Below, in pieces: positions 26,452 to 35,633 of a DNA stretch of 39,644 nucleotides; the first letter of the stretch is position 1, and the number at the start of each line of letters is the position of its first letter. The notes below the pieces were generated by a model. That model had not been told where the DNA came from and searched no databases. It saw nothing but the letters and a program-made list of their open reading frames with translations. The stretch is from Candidatus Omnitrophota bacterium (GTDB lineage Bacteria; Ratteibacteria; UBA8468; MWAK01). A program made the position numbers and the translations under genes. The stretch is taken from NCBI GenBank assembly GCA_043797665.1, contig JAZDPL010000091.1:1-39644 (forward strand). The letters are read 5' to 3'.

Positions 26452-26512
26452 TGTAGGGGTTCAATTTATTGAACCCGAGAAATACGCGGGTCGGATGAAT
26501 CCGACCCCTACA
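26452..26512. repeat. GTAG-type REP doublet
   Basis: TGTAG-GGGTTCAAT-TT-ATTGAACCC ... GGGTCGGAT-GA-ATCCGACCC-CTACA. Confidence 0.92.
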
Positions 26513-26533
26513 CTAACGGTGTTTACTGAGGGT

Positions 26534-27922
26534 TTAGCGTCTTTCCAAAACTTCTTTTGACAGGCCTTCTTCCGGTACGACCGGATAGGAACCGTTGAAG
26601 CAGGCGGTGCAGAACTCTTCCGCCGGCAGGGGCATTCCTGACATCATCCCTTCATAACTCAGGTAATGAAGACTATCCAGGTTCAGGTATTTTTTTATTT
26701 CTTCCGTTGTATACCGGTTGGCAGCCAGTTCCTTAGGCGTCGGAAAGTCAATGCCGTAGTAACAGGGAAATCGGTGCGGCGGACAACTGACGCGCATGTG
26801 AACCTCTTGGGCGCCGAAGTTACGCAGGGTTCTTACCCGGCTCTGGCTGGTGGTACCCCTCACGATAGAATCTTCCACCAGAATTATCCGTTTGCCGTCA
26901 ATCAATTCCCGGACCGGATTAAGTTTGATTTTGACACCCAGGTCTCGTACCTTCTGAACCGGCTGGATAAAAGTACGGCCCACATAATGGTTGCGGACAA
27001 AAGCCATTTCAAAAGGAAGCCCGGTTTCTGCACTGAACCCTAAAGCCGCGTAAGTCCCGGAATCCGGCACCGGCATTACAAAGTCACCGGCAACCGGTGC
27101 TTCCTGAGCCAGTTTTTGTCCTAAGCGTTTTCTGGTTAAATAGACGCTGTGACCAAATATCTTACTATCCGGCCGGGCAAAGTAGATATATTCAAAGATA
27201 CAGAAGGCGTGTTTCCGGTTGGGGAAAGGCTTAAAAGATTCCAGACCCTTTTCACTGAGGACTACAATCTCGCCCGGTTCTACCTCTCTCAGGTATTCGG
27301 CTTCCACGATATCCAGAGCAGAAGTTTCGGAAGCGACTGCGTATCCTCCGTTGATTGTACCCAGGCACAAGGGTCGGAAACCAGAAGGGTCCCGGGCCGC
27401 GATCAGTTTATCCTTCATTAAGATAAGCAGGCAATAGGCACCTTCAATCTGCCCCAGGGCTTCAATTAGATTTTCCGGGAAAGTTTTGGTACTGCTGTGG
27501 CTGATAAGGTGAATAACTAATTCACTATCAGTAGTAGAATGGAAGAGTGCGCCTCTGTTTTCCAGACGTTCCCGGAGCGTACGGGTATTGGTTAAATTAC
27601 CGTTATGTCCTACCGCAATCACCCCGTCGTAGTAATTTGCCAGAAAAGGCTGGGCGTTTTTAAGGTTGGAACCGCCGGTGGTGGAATACCGGGTATGGCC
27701 CACCGCAATGTGTCCGGAAAGGTTTTTCAGAATATCCGGAGAGAAGACCTTGGAGACTTCGCCCATTCCTAAATGAGACCGTATTTCTTTCCCGTCTGAA
27801 ACTACGATGCCGGCACTCTCCTGTCCCCGGTGCTGAAGGGCATAGAGACCCAGGAAAGTCAGACTGGCTGCCTCCTTAGTGCCAAACATCCCGAAAAGAC
27901 CGCATTTTTCCTTACATTCCAT
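26534..27922 (-). CDS. purF: Amidophosphoribosyltransferase
   Basis: Propeptide then CGLFG, LQHRGQESAG, GHTRYST, HNGN, CIFEYIYFARPDS, DSIVRGTT, PCYYGID, CTACF; start ATG 27922. Confidence 0.96.
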   Translation of the reverse strand: MECKEKCGLFGMFGTKEAASLTFLGLYALQHRGQESAGIVVSDGKEIRSHLGMGEVSKVFSPDILKNLSGHIAVGHTRYSTTGGSNLKNAQPFLANYYDGVIAVGHNGNLTNTRTLRERLENRGALFHSTTDSELVIHLISHSSTKTFPENLIEALGQIEGAYCLLILMKDKLIAARDPSGFRPLCLGTINGGYAVASETSALDIVEAEYLREVEPGEIVVLSEKGLESFKPFPNRKHAFCIFEYIYFARPDSKIFGHSVYLTRKRLGQKLAQEAPVAGDFVMPVPDSGTYAALGFSAETGLPFEMAFVRNHYVGRTFIQPVQKVRDLGVKIKLNPVRELIDGKRIILVEDSIVRGTTSQSRVRTLRNFGAQEVHMRVSCPPHRFPCYYGIDFPTPKELAANRYTTEEIKKYLNLDSLHYLSYEGMMSGMPLPAEEFCTACFNGSYPVVPEEGLSKEVLERR

Positions 27923-27999
27923 GGTTGGATAGTATACCTGAAAAAGAGCGCAAAAATCAACCTCCTTGCACCTACGAAAATTTATACATCTATTTTTTT

Positions 28000-28075
28000 C
28001 CTCTCCCATCTGGGGAGAGTGGGGCACCCACGAAGGGCGGATTCCCTTCCATCGGAAAGGGGTCGTGGTGAGGGC
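28000..28075. repeat. CTCTCCC/GGGAGAG...GGTGAGGG palindromic repeat with internal insert
   Basis: CTCTCCC-ATCTG-GGGAGAG hairpin and AGGGGTCGTGGTGAGGG tail; internal TTCC-ATC-GGAA hairpin. Confidence 0.6.
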
Positions 28076-28082
28076 GAAATCC

Positions 28083-28111
28083 TTGACAAATCCTGGTGGA
28101 GATAATAGAAT
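28083..28111 (+). promoter_or_regulatory. Sigma70 promoter of the carbohydrate cluster
   Basis: TTGACA (28083-28088), 17 bp, TAGAAT (28106-28111); AAGGAG RBS at 28141. Confidence 0.8.
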
Positions 28112-28150
28112 ATCAGTTGAGAAAACTCCTTAAAAAGAGAAAGGAGAAAT

Positions 28151-28915
28151 ATGAATAAGAAAATGCTAAAGCGGATGCTTAATCCCTTCCGGATGGGATT
28201 AAGGGTAGGTAGGAGGGGTATTGACCCCTTTGAAGCACGCTTTTTGCCACCCCGACGGCGGAAATATGTGTCTCCCTTACACAAAAATAGTTTTACTTTA
28301 ATAGAACTGCTGGTCGTAATCGCTATCATTGCCATCCTGGCGGCGATGTTACTACCGGCGCTCTCTAAAGCAAGAGAGAAAGCCAGGCAGTCACAATGCC
28401 TAAATAACCTGAAGCAGATCGGTTTGGTGACGTTCATGTATGCCAACGATTACGAAGACTGGCTTCCGGGATTTTCTGATGCAGCGCAGTTTCCGAGGGA
28501 CGGGATTCTCAGTAACTACCTTGACAAAAACTCAAGAATTTGGTGGTGTCCTACCACCTGGCCAGTGATGAAGAACCTCTGCGCAACCTACCCCGCCGTG
28601 CAAGCTTCCTATGATGCCTTTCTGTACAGCAGCTATTCCCGGAATTTAACTTGTATGGGCATAGTGGTAAGTTACGGCGATCATATACAGGTCAAGATAG
28701 GAAAGGTTGTGCGACCGAGCATAACGGTAATGTGGGCAGATGCCCTCTGGGGTGCCGGCATTTGCCCGTATCACTCATGTCCACTTTCTTTCGTCCACAG
28801 TGGGGGAGCGAATATCTGCTACTGCGATGGTCACGTGGCGTGGGTCAGTGAATTAGATGCGGTAGCACCCAATCCATACACTTCTTCCTCTACAATCTCC
28901 TACGTCCCTGATTAG
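28151..28915 (+). CDS. DUF1559 prepilin-type N-terminal methylation protein with H-X9-DG motif
   Basis: [68 protein letters not shown]. Confidence 0.93.
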   Translation: MNKKMLKRMLNPFRMGLRVGRRGIDPFEARFLPPRRRKYVSPLHKNSFTLIELLVVIAIIAILAAMLLPALSKAREKARQSQCLNNLKQIGLVTFMYANDYEDWLPGFSDAAQFPRDGILSNYLDKNSRIWWCPTTWPVMKNLCATYPAVQASYDAFLYSSYSRNLTCMGIVVSYGDHIQVKIGKVVRPSITVMWADALWGAGICPYHSCPLSFVHSGGANICYCDGHVAWVSELDAVAPNPYTSSSTISYVPD

Positions 28916-28920
28916 GTTTG

Positions 28921-28950
28921 GTGGGTAGTTTCTTCAGAACCCCACTTTTT
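28921..28950 (+). terminator. Possible weak intrinsic terminator after the DUF1559 gene
   Basis: GTGGG..GTT-loop-AAC.CCCAC followed by TTTTT. Confidence 0.4.
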
Positions 28951-29006
28951 GAACCATATACGAAATTCAACGAATAGATTCCCTACCATCAGGAGGAAAA
29001 AAAATT

Positions 29007-31178
29007 ATGACGACTAAAAAAAAGATAATGCCGTATGACCAAACGGCATTTCGGATTTCGGAAAATTATCTTATGCCCGACCAGAAGGTAGGTGGTATCT
29101 CTCGAAAAGAATTTGAGAATACCCTGGCGAGATGCGGGGTTGATGCACGCTGGATCGGAGTTTACGACCATGGCGGCCCGCGTTTCAAATCAAAGTATAT
29201 CCCGATTTCAAAGCGCGTCCCGGGCGATCTGACCGTCAAACTTAAAAAATGGGTAGATATTGTCCACGAAGCGGGGATGAATGCGATAACCTGGTGTTCG
29301 CCGGCCCATTGTGAAGCGGGCTGGGCAGAACATCCGGAATGGCGTTTTGTCTGTATCGATGGAACGTATCACGATAAGTTCTCCTGTTGTATCAACACTT
29401 CTTATGGAGATGCTCTTATCGGGATGGTGCTGGAATTTTTTGAAAAGTTTGGTTTGGACGGTATCTGGTTTGATGGCGCTGATTTTGCCAGCCGTTCGCC
29501 GGTCCGACAAATTCCGGGGTGTATCTGTCCTGACTGCCAGAACAAATTCCGGGAAGAGACCGGTTATGAAATTCCAACCGCAGTAAAATTTAAAGACAGT
29601 ACCTTCAGGACATGGGTTAAATGGCGTTTCAAGATGTATGCGGCTTATCTTAAAAAACTGGTGGATACTATCCACGCCCACTATCCAGGAAAAGTTATTA
29701 CGATAAACCATTACCATCGGTACGAGCCCCTTTCCTGGCATACCGCCTGTCCGTTAGACCTCTTTGAGTGCGATATCGTTACCGGTTCCGAAGCAGGAGG
29801 CCGGCTGGATCTTGCCTTTTTTTCCTCAAAACTGGCTGCGGCTTACGGCCGCAAGTTTGATGTCTGGACAGCAGCCTTCCGCTGGGGAGTGGGGACAAAC
29901 TGGTTATTTCATGAACCAAACGCCCTGATGCATCACGCCGCCGCCTGTATAACCTTTGGAGGTTATCCTGCCTTCGGCTTTGAAAACAATGTTCCCGAAG
30001 GTTCAATACCGGCAATTGCCGAATCTTTTTTAAAACCCGCCGCCGAATTTCTGCGAAAACGCGTTCCATATATTGAACATGAAAGCGCCAATCCGGTGGC
30101 TCTCCACATCTCCCAGCAGACGGAAACATTCTTCTTCGGCCGCGGCTGTTGCGAAACACCCGGATTCGGCTGGTACTGGAACAGTGCGTTAGGATGGGAT
30201 ACGATGCTGAATGAAGCCGGTCTGGGTACAGACCTCATCTTTGATAAACACCTGAACCTGGAACGGCTCAACCGGTATAAGGTGGTCGTTCTCCCTTTGT
30301 CGCTGGGACTTTCAGCCGAACAGGGAGACGTCCTCAAAAAATATGTAAGTAACGGTGGTGTGCTGGTACTGGGACCATGGTCGGGCCGGTTGGATACGGA
30401 AGGAGAACCGCTTCCCGGAGGCGGAGTTTTAGCCGAGTTGCGCTCCGTAGAAGAGGACGATGTTCCGGAACCGGATAAGTTTAAGCTAATTGAAATGTAC
30501 CTGAAGAACGTGGGATTAGGATTGCCTGACTTGCATGGTTTCGGTGTTTATGCCATGGGGGCAGAACAAAGAGCAAAAAAAGGTGCTCAAACATTAATGA
30601 GTAGAGAAAAAGCGACTAAGGACTCAGAAGTCTCTTATGACATGGGTATATATGAACAGAAACTACCCAAGATTAACCTGACGGAACTATCTGCCGTGGT
30701 AAAACACCGTTACGAAAAAGGTTATATCGTTGACCTGGGGCTCGATTTTGGCGCCTCCTTCTATTATGCGCCGAGTTCACCCATGCGCCGATTTTTCTTA
30801 TTTCTCCTGGAAGATGTGACTGATTTCCCAATTCTTGTCAGGGCACCCGCTTGTGTTTTCATGGCTTTAAGACGGGAAAAAGACGGAAATTACCTGATTC
30901 ACCTGAACAATTTTGCGACTACGATACACCACAGCGGAGCATGTTACGTTCCTGCACCTGCTTTTTGGTCCCAGCCTCTCTATTCACCTATCACACCCAG
31001 AGACATAATACCAATATGCGGCCTCAAGATTGAAATCCGGGGATTAAAAGTTACGAAAGCGGAGAGGCTGGTCGAACTCCCTAAACCTCTAACCGTGGAG
31101 AAAGAAGGGGAATTGTCGGTTATCCGGTTAGAAAGGCTGGAGTTGCATGAAATCATAAGGATATCCTTAGAAGAATAA
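29007..31178 (+). CDS. Glycoside hydrolase-like protein (GHL6/GH42-like barrel + beta-galactosidase trimerisation-type domain)
   Basis: HPEW, LDGIWFDG, CICPDCQ..F, W.KWR; C-terminal L..YKVVVLP...L.KYV.NGG.LV; AGGAGG RBS. Confidence 0.7.
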   Translation: MTTKKKIMPYDQTAFRISENYLMPDQKVGGISRKEFENTLARCGVDARWIGVYDHGGPRFKSKYIPISKRVPGDLTVKLKKWVDIVHEAGMNAITWCSPAHCEAGWAEHPEWRFVCIDGTYHDKFSCCINTSYGDALIGMVLEFFEKFGLDGIWFDGADFASRSPVRQIPGCICPDCQNKFREETGYEIPTAVKFKDSTFRTWVKWRFKMYAAYLKKLVDTIHAHYPGKVITINHYHRYEPLSWHTACPLDLFECDIVTGSEAGGRLDLAFFSSKLAAAYGRKFDVWTAAFRWGVGTNWLFHEPNALMHHAAACITFGGYPAFGFENNVPEGSIPAIAESFLKPAAEFLRKRVPYIEHESANPVALHISQQTETFFFGRGCCETPGFGWYWNSALGWDTMLNEAGLGTDLIFDKHLNLERLNRYKVVVLPLSLGLSAEQGDVLKKYVSNGGVLVLGPWSGRLDTEGEPLPGGGVLAELRSVEEDDVPEPDKFKLIEMYLKNVGLGLPDLHGFGVYAMGAEQRAKKGAQTLMSREKATKDSEVSYDMGIYEQKLPKINLTELSAVVKHRYEKGYIVDLGLDFGASFYYAPSSPMRRFFLFLLEDVTDFPILVRAPACVFMALRREKDGNYLIHLNNFATTIHHSGACYVPAPAFWSQPLYSPITPRDIIPICGLKIEIRGLKVTKAERLVELPKPLTVEKEGELSVIRLERLELHEIIRISLEE

Positions 31179-32515
31179 TGTCAAAACCAGAGGTTTTGTC
31201 TTACGAAAAACGGACGGCCTGGTTCCACCAGGCACGTTTTGGAATGTTCATCCACTGGGGGTTGTATTCCCTTTTGGGCCGGGGGGAGTGTGTAGTGTGG
31301 GCAGAGCGCATCCCGGCGGAAGAGTATGCTAAACTGGCCGACCAATTCAAACCCGCCAAGTTTGACGTTGACCGCTGGGTGTCTCTGGCCAAAGAATCCG
31401 GGATGAAGTACGCGGTGTTCACCGCCCGACACCACGACGGCTTCTGTCTCTATAACAGCAAGGTGAGCGGATTCACTTCAGTCAAAACCGCGGCCAAAAA
31501 AGACTTTGTGGCCGAATACGTAAAGTCCTGCCGCAAATACGGTCTGAAAGTCGGTCTTTACTACTCTCTTCCGAACTGGTATTTTCCGGGATATTTCAAC
31601 CTAAAAAAATATCCGGACAGTTTTCAGACGATGGTAAAGCAGGTGCACGACCAGGTCAGAGAACTGATGACCAACTACGGCAAAATTGACTACCTCTGGT
31701 ACGACGATTTTTGCGACCGATTATGGATACCGGACGGGGAGTCGACATCCAGCACCATGGAAGCAGGCGGAAGTCCGGAGATTCCCAGACTCTGGCGCTC
31801 GAAGGAACTTAACCGGATGGCAAGAAGTCTCCAGCCGCAAATCATTATCAACGACCGCTCCGGCCTGGAAGAGGATGTGGATACGCCTGAGCAGGCGGTA
31901 ATTCCCTCAAAGCCAGGACGGGCATGGGAATCCTGTATGACCATGGGCGACTTCTGCGGTTGGGGCTACATTGAAAACAACCCCAATTTCAAAACAACCA
32001 CCCAACTGATTCAGAATCTGGTAATCGCGGCCAGCGGCGCCGGAAACTACCTCCTTAACATCGGGCCGAAACCAGACGGAACCGTAAGGAAAGAAGAAGT
32101 AGTGCGACTGAAAGAGATAGGAAAGTGGATGAGAGTCAACGGCGAATCAATCTATGGTTCGGAGCGGCTGCCAGCCGGATGGGGTGGAGCATGGGGATGT
32201 GGAATGCTGGGCACCGCAACCGCCAGGGGCAATAACGCTTATCTGCATATCTTCCGCTGGCCCGGAGAAACGGCGGTTGTCGCCGGAATTAAAAATAAGG
32301 TCATTTCAGCCTGCATTTTGGCCTCGGGCCGGAAAGCGAAAGTGGAGCAGACTGTGGACGGCCGGCTTGTTTTGAAGGGTCTACCGGAAGAATCGCCGGA
32401 CCGGAGCGATGCGGTTATAAAACTGGAACTGGATGGCAAACCGAAGGTTTTTAACTACAGCGGTATGCCGTTGTTTAAATTCAGAAAGAACGCAAATAGG
32501 GAGGAGGAACAATGA
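31178..32515 (+). CDS. Alpha-L-fucosidase (GH29)
   Basis: WF..ARFGMFIHWG, GMKY...RHHDGF, GLYYS, LWYD nucleophile, IINDR, WESCMTM, YLLNIGP, NGESIYG. Confidence 0.92.
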   Translation: MSKPEVLSYEKRTAWFHQARFGMFIHWGLYSLLGRGECVVWAERIPAEEYAKLADQFKPAKFDVDRWVSLAKESGMKYAVFTARHHDGFCLYNSKVSGFTSVKTAAKKDFVAEYVKSCRKYGLKVGLYYSLPNWYFPGYFNLKKYPDSFQTMVKQVHDQVRELMTNYGKIDYLWYDDFCDRLWIPDGESTSSTMEAGGSPEIPRLWRSKELNRMARSLQPQIIINDRSGLEEDVDTPEQAVIPSKPGRAWESCMTMGDFCGWGYIENNPNFKTTTQLIQNLVIAASGAGNYLLNIGPKPDGTVRKEEVVRLKEIGKWMRVNGESIYGSERLPAGWGGAWGCGMLGTATARGNNAYLHIFRWPGETAVVAGIKNKVISACILASGRKAKVEQTVDGRLVLKGLPEESPDRSDAVIKLELDGKPKVFNYSGMPLFKFRKNANREEEQ

Positions 32516-35500
32516 AGGGTATCAACATCCGTAGGTTTGTGTCCATGTACGCGACCGTCATCGGGTTCTTAATGATTAACATCGGGTGTGGGGCGGCCAC
32601 CCCAGACACGCAGCAAAGCATGACATTGGTCCAGGACGGTCAGCCGGTTGCCACGATCGTGCTGGCGAAGGAACCGACCCGTGCCGCCGCGCTGGCCGCC
32701 GCCGAACTCCAGGAGCATATCCGCAAGATCACCGGCGCGAAGGTGCCCGTCGTCACCGACGATAGCACCCCATCGGGAATCCGCATCCTGGTCGGCGAGA
32801 GTGCTGCCACCCGCGAACTCGGCCTGAAGAGCGCTGATTTCAAATCCCAAGAGTACCTGATTCGAGCCTACCCGGACACGCTCGTGTTGATGGGCCGGGA
32901 CAAGCCGGACCTGGTTCTATCCGGTGATACCGTTGCCGTATCCGGCAAACCGCAATGGGTGGAAGGGAAGTTCGGCAAAGCACTCGCATTTGACGGCACC
33001 AATGACGCGCTGGCGGTCAAGGATTCCGGCTTCACCGATGATAAGGGTACGATGGATGCCTGGGTCAACTTCGCGGCCGCGGCCAACGATGGGGGCACCA
33101 TCTTCCGCCTGGACGGTGAACCCTGGACATATCATATCGTCCACCGCCAGGGAAACAGCATTAACTACATTTCCTACGAGAGCAAGAATGGGACCAGCGG
33201 CAATGTAATGTCCGCTCCTCTTACTGAGGGCTGGCATCATGTGGTGGCCACGCACGATGCCAAAGCAGGAAAGATGGAGCTATTTATTGATGGCAGGAGC
33301 CAGGGCACGGCCAATTATGTGCAGACCACCTGTCGCAACCGCACGCTATGGATTGGCGGAGGCGCCGCTGCCATCGGCGAGAAGATCGGCAATGCTTTCG
33401 CCGGTCTCATCGACGAAGTGCGCGTATCTGCCGCCGTCATCGCCCCGGCGAGCGGATGGGCTGTAACGCCGTGCGCCGTTGACGACAATATTGTTGCTCT
33501 ATTGCGGTTCAACGCCGGCAAAGGACTGCCCAAGCGCGACAAGACACTCCAGCAGGTGTTGCGGGAGCCTCCGCTCCCCAATTTTTACGATGAACAGGCG
33601 ACCTGCTACGCGGTTTACGATTTCCTCGAACGCTTCTGCAGCGTCCGCTGGTTTAACCCGACGGACAGCGGCACAATCTGCCCCCAGACCAAGACCCTGA
33701 CCGTTAATGTCTCCACCGTGCGCCGCGCCCCGGCCTTTGCCATGCGCATATATAACATGACCTACGGCGACTACGAAATCAGGGACGCCTCAATGGGCAC
33801 GCTCTGGCCCCGGGGCACCGACGGGTACAATGCCTGGGAGACCGCCGCGTGGGCGGAGACGCACAAACGCTTCCCGGACGCCGGCCAGTACGCCGGCCCG
33901 TATGCCTTAGCCAAACGCCGCGCCATTGAACTTTTCATGCACCGGATGCGCCGCGGAGGCGAAATGAATTATTGCGGCCATTCGTTCTACGGCTACTACG
34001 ACCGCTTCTGGCGCGACGGTGCGAACAAGTCGAAGTTCTTCGTGGAGAAGCGGCCCGACTACTTTGCCAAGGGCTACGAGGGGGCAGGTGAACCGCCCCA
34101 GCTCTGTTACACCAACCGCGGCCTGATTGAGCAGGTGGCCGCGGATGCCCGCGCCTACTACGACGGAAAAGGCGCCGAAATCGGCCTCACCAGGCAACTG
34201 CCCAATATGTTTGAAGTAGAGCCGATGGATAATACACAGTTCTGCAAGTGCCCGGAGTGCCAGAAGTGGCTCAACGCGGACGAGGAGAAATCGGTCTTCT
34301 TCTCGAACGGCCGGCACAGCGATTACTTCTTCAATTTTGTCAATGAGGTTGCCCGCGAACTTCACAAGACGCATCCGGACAAGTACGTCAGCACTCTGGC
34401 CTACATGAGCCATGCCGCGACGCCGGAGAGCGTCAAGATGGAACACAACGTGTCCGTGCAGTTCTGCTTTGCCTGCAACCGGCTGGTCTATGACCGGCCG
34501 TCGTATGAACACGAGCTCAATCTTCTGGAGGCCTGGGGCAAGGAGACCGGGACGCGTCCGGTTTATCTCTGGCTCTACCCCCTCTTCCCATGGTCTAACG
34601 CGCAGGGCGGCAATTACCATTGTTTCCCCGGTTTCTTTGCGCACGCGATTGGCGAGCAGTTTAAGCTTTTCTACCGCTATGGCTATCGTGGCATGTATTC
34701 CGACGGCTACGGCCAGGAAGTCGAGGCGTACCTCACCGACAAGATGATGGATGACCCCACGCTGGAGGTGGACCGGATTCTCAACGATTACTTCCAGGGC
34801 CTTTATGGTGCGGCGGCAACGCCGATGAAACAGATCTACCTCAACATCGAGAAGATTTACAGCGACCCGAAAAACTACCCGCCGGAGATTGCCACCGGTA
34901 AGATTGAAGGGCACCACCACCAGACCGAGGAGATCGCCTGGGGTTGGCTTGGCACCGAGGAACATATGAAAGAATTGGGCGGATTGATGGAACAGGCCCG
35001 CGCGGCGGCGAGTACCGAAATAGAGAAACAGAGGGTGGCACTTTTTGATAAGGGCGTGTGGCAATACATGCTGGCCGGCCGCACCAACTATATTGAAAAA
35101 CGCGATGAGATTACGCTTGAAAATTCACAAAAACTACCCGACGCATGGAAAATAATGATCGACCCTTCTAAAGAAGGGATAAAAAGCAAATGGTTTGATG
35201 TCAGTTTTGATGATAGTTTATGGAAGGAAGCCTCAATCCTGGAATGCCTTGAAAAACAGGGGTACAAGGATTATAAATACGCCTGGTATCGCATCAACGC
35301 ATCAGTGCCCAAAGAATGGGAGGGGGAAAAAATCATATTGTATCTCGGCGCCGTAGATGAAACCTGCTGGTTGTGGATAAACGGCAGTTCGGCCGGAGAA
35401 TTTATCTATAATGCAACCTTAGATCCCGGCAGCTGGGAAAAACCCCTGCGCTTTGATATTACAAAATTTGTCAGATTGGGAGGAAATAATCAAATAACGG

Positions 35501-35610
35501 TTCTTGTCCAAAATGATGCTGGCGCAGGAGGTATCTGGAAACCATCCTATATTTTGTACAAACCACATGATTGGAATCCGGGTGCGTTTAAAGTAATTTC
35601 ACAACCATAA
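32512..35610 (+). CDS. Exported DUF4838 protein with inserted LamG domain and C-terminal GH2-type sugar-binding jelly roll
   Basis: AA.ELQ.HI.KITGA; LamG GKFGKALAFDG...WHHVVAT...LFIDG...GLIDEVRVS; YAVYDFLE.F..VRW; QLCYTN, FCKCPEC, TLAY; C-terminal AWYR...LGAVDE...WING...FDIT...N.ITV.V.N..GAGGIWKP. Confidence 0.85.
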   Translation: MKGINIRRFVSMYATVIGFLMINIGCGAATPDTQQSMTLVQDGQPVATIVLAKEPTRAAALAAAELQEHIRKITGAKVPVVTDDSTPSGIRILVGESAATRELGLKSADFKSQEYLIRAYPDTLVLMGRDKPDLVLSGDTVAVSGKPQWVEGKFGKALAFDGTNDALAVKDSGFTDDKGTMDAWVNFAAAANDGGTIFRLDGEPWTYHIVHRQGNSINYISYESKNGTSGNVMSAPLTEGWHHVVATHDAKAGKMELFIDGRSQGTANYVQTTCRNRTLWIGGGAAAIGEKIGNAFAGLIDEVRVSAAVIAPASGWAVTPCAVDDNIVALLRFNAGKGLPKRDKTLQQVLREPPLPNFYDEQATCYAVYDFLERFCSVRWFNPTDSGTICPQTKTLTVNVSTVRRAPAFAMRIYNMTYGDYEIRDASMGTLWPRGTDGYNAWETAAWAETHKRFPDAGQYAGPYALAKRRAIELFMHRMRRGGEMNYCGHSFYGYYDRFWRDGANKSKFFVEKRPDYFAKGYEGAGEPPQLCYTNRGLIEQVAADARAYYDGKGAEIGLTRQLPNMFEVEPMDNTQFCKCPECQKWLNADEEKSVFFSNGRHSDYFFNFVNEVARELHKTHPDKYVSTLAYMSHAATPESVKMEHNVSVQFCFACNRLVYDRPSYEHELNLLEAWGKETGTRPVYLWLYPLFPWSNAQGGNYHCFPGFFAHAIGEQFKLFYRYGYRGMYSDGYGQEVEAYLTDKMMDDPTLEVDRILNDYFQGLYGAAATPMKQIYLNIEKIYSDPKNYPPEIATGKIEGHHHQTEEIAWGWLGTEEHMKELGGLMEQARAAASTEIEKQRVALFDKGVWQYMLAGRTNYIEKRDEITLENSQKLPDAWKIMIDPSKEGIKSKWFDVSFDDSLWKEASILECLEKQGYKDYKYAWYRINASVPKEWEGEKIILYLGAVDETCWLWINGSSAGEFIYNATLDPGSWEKPLRFDITKFVRLGGNNQITVLVQNDAGAGGIWKPSYILYKPHDWNPGAFKVISQP

Positions 35611-35633
35611 CATTGTTTTTGAACCGCTAACGA

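Noticed and set aside
2479..26512. Palindromic repeats as a CRISPR array or integron attC sites
   Set aside because: They are dispersed rather than regularly spaced, there are no cas or intI genes, and they lack RYYYAAC/GTTRRRY ends; they fit REPs.
27923..28027. N-terminal extension of purF
   Set aside because: Runs through the promoter and a repeat; PurF needs only a short propeptide before the catalytic Cys.
33907..35064. 385-aa antisense ORF
   Set aside because: Shadow frame of a GC-rich gene with strong codon bias; no recognisable motifs.
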